64,000 nt of DNA from Octopus sinensis (taxonomy: Eukaryota): contig NC_043010.1 of NCBI RefSeq assembly GCF_006345805.1, forward strand, positions 42,966,001-43,030,000, written 5' to 3'. Within the stretch, counting starts at the first letter, position 1. Each line of letters starts with the position of its first letter. The notes below the pieces were generated by a model. That model was given only the letters and a program-made list of their open reading frames with translations. It was not told the DNA's origin and ran no database searches. This document shows positions 63,194 through 64,000 of this stretch, piece by piece. The position numbers and the translations under genes were made by a program.

Positions 63194-63647
63194 CATCATT
63201 ATCGACATTTAACATCTGTTTTCCATGCTAGCATGGGTTTGATAGTTTGATAGGAACTGGCATGGCCAGGGTCTGCACCAGGTTCCATTGTCTGTTTTCG
63301 ATTAGTTTCTACAGTTGGATTCCCTTCCTAAGTCCAATCACTTTACAGAGTGTACTGTGTGCTTTTTACATGGCACTATCACGTGGCATTAGCATCAGTG
63401 GTTTATACATGGAAGTAAAACAATGAATAATGTCTCTATTCCTTTTTGCCATTGCAACTGAGTGCTGTGTTTTTGAAGATCTGTGGGATAAAAAATCCCA
63501 TGCTTCAAAAACTACCAAGGAAGTGCATCCAGCTGTAAAATCCCATCTCAAATACATCCCCATACAACACATGCTAGCACAAGGAAAAATAGGAGTTAAA
63601 CAAATGAAATTAAATAGCATATGTATGTGTGTATGTGTGTACACACA

Positions 63648-63705
<58 letters not shown>

Positions 63706-63814
63706 CACACACACACACGCCCATGTACATGCACACGCACACGCACACACACACACACAGTGCTACTAGTAAGCTGACCCTCACAAAATATTTTTTATCT
63801 TTTATTGTTTTATT

Positions 63815-64000
63815 ATTTCTATCCAATGTTAGAGATAATACTAGCTACAGATGCTAGCAAGTATGGCATAGGAGCCATGCTCCGACGCAAGGATAACGAT
63901 GGCAGGAGAAAGGCCATAGCTCACACATCAAGGACATTATTTCTGGTAGAGAGGTGTTGGCTATTATATTTGGTGTGAAAAAGTTCCACAGACATTTTTG
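63815..64000 (+). mobile_element. Ty3/Gypsy RNase H fragment (runs off the window)
   Basis: FYPMLEIILATDASKYGIGAML...AIAHTSRTL...VLAIIFGVKKFHRHF. Confidence 0.85.

Overview
Repeat-dense, AT-rich animal genomic DNA, most likely an Octopus (cephalopod). That assignment comes from recognising the SINE families, the (TA)n/(TATG)n fields and the single-coding-exon C2H2 genes; no search was run. Only two convincing protein-coding genes are present: two convergent C2H2 zinc-finger genes (+ strand 15037-16023, 9 fingers; - strand 38299-36827, 7 fingers plus 1 atypical). There are also candidate upstream exons and promoter elements on the - strand. The rest is decayed mobile DNA: Penelope-like elements (PLEs; RT and GIY-YIG fragments), RTE, CR1 and HERO LINEs, Ty3/Gypsy pol fragments, Tc1/mariner (including a DD37D maT), piggyBac and 8-bp-TSD MITEs, tRNA-derived SINEs and microsatellites. 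Most short ORFs in the track are microsatellite artefacts. The most notable signal not shown by the ORF track is three type I hammerhead ribozyme folds with palindromic helix III (7978-8012 -, 17799-17856 -, 32968-33039 +), all tied to PLE remnants. Two of them lie in the gap between the convergent ZNF genes, each oriented sense to read-through from the distal gene. Other items worth checking: a repeated H-type pseudoknot motif in RTE-type 3' tails, a PHD-like finger inside an RTE RT, a HERO LINE split by a promoter-like insert, a monotone Q(-1)/N(+3) finger array, and in-frame spliceable distal exons. TE boundaries are approximate unless a TSD or TIR is quoted.
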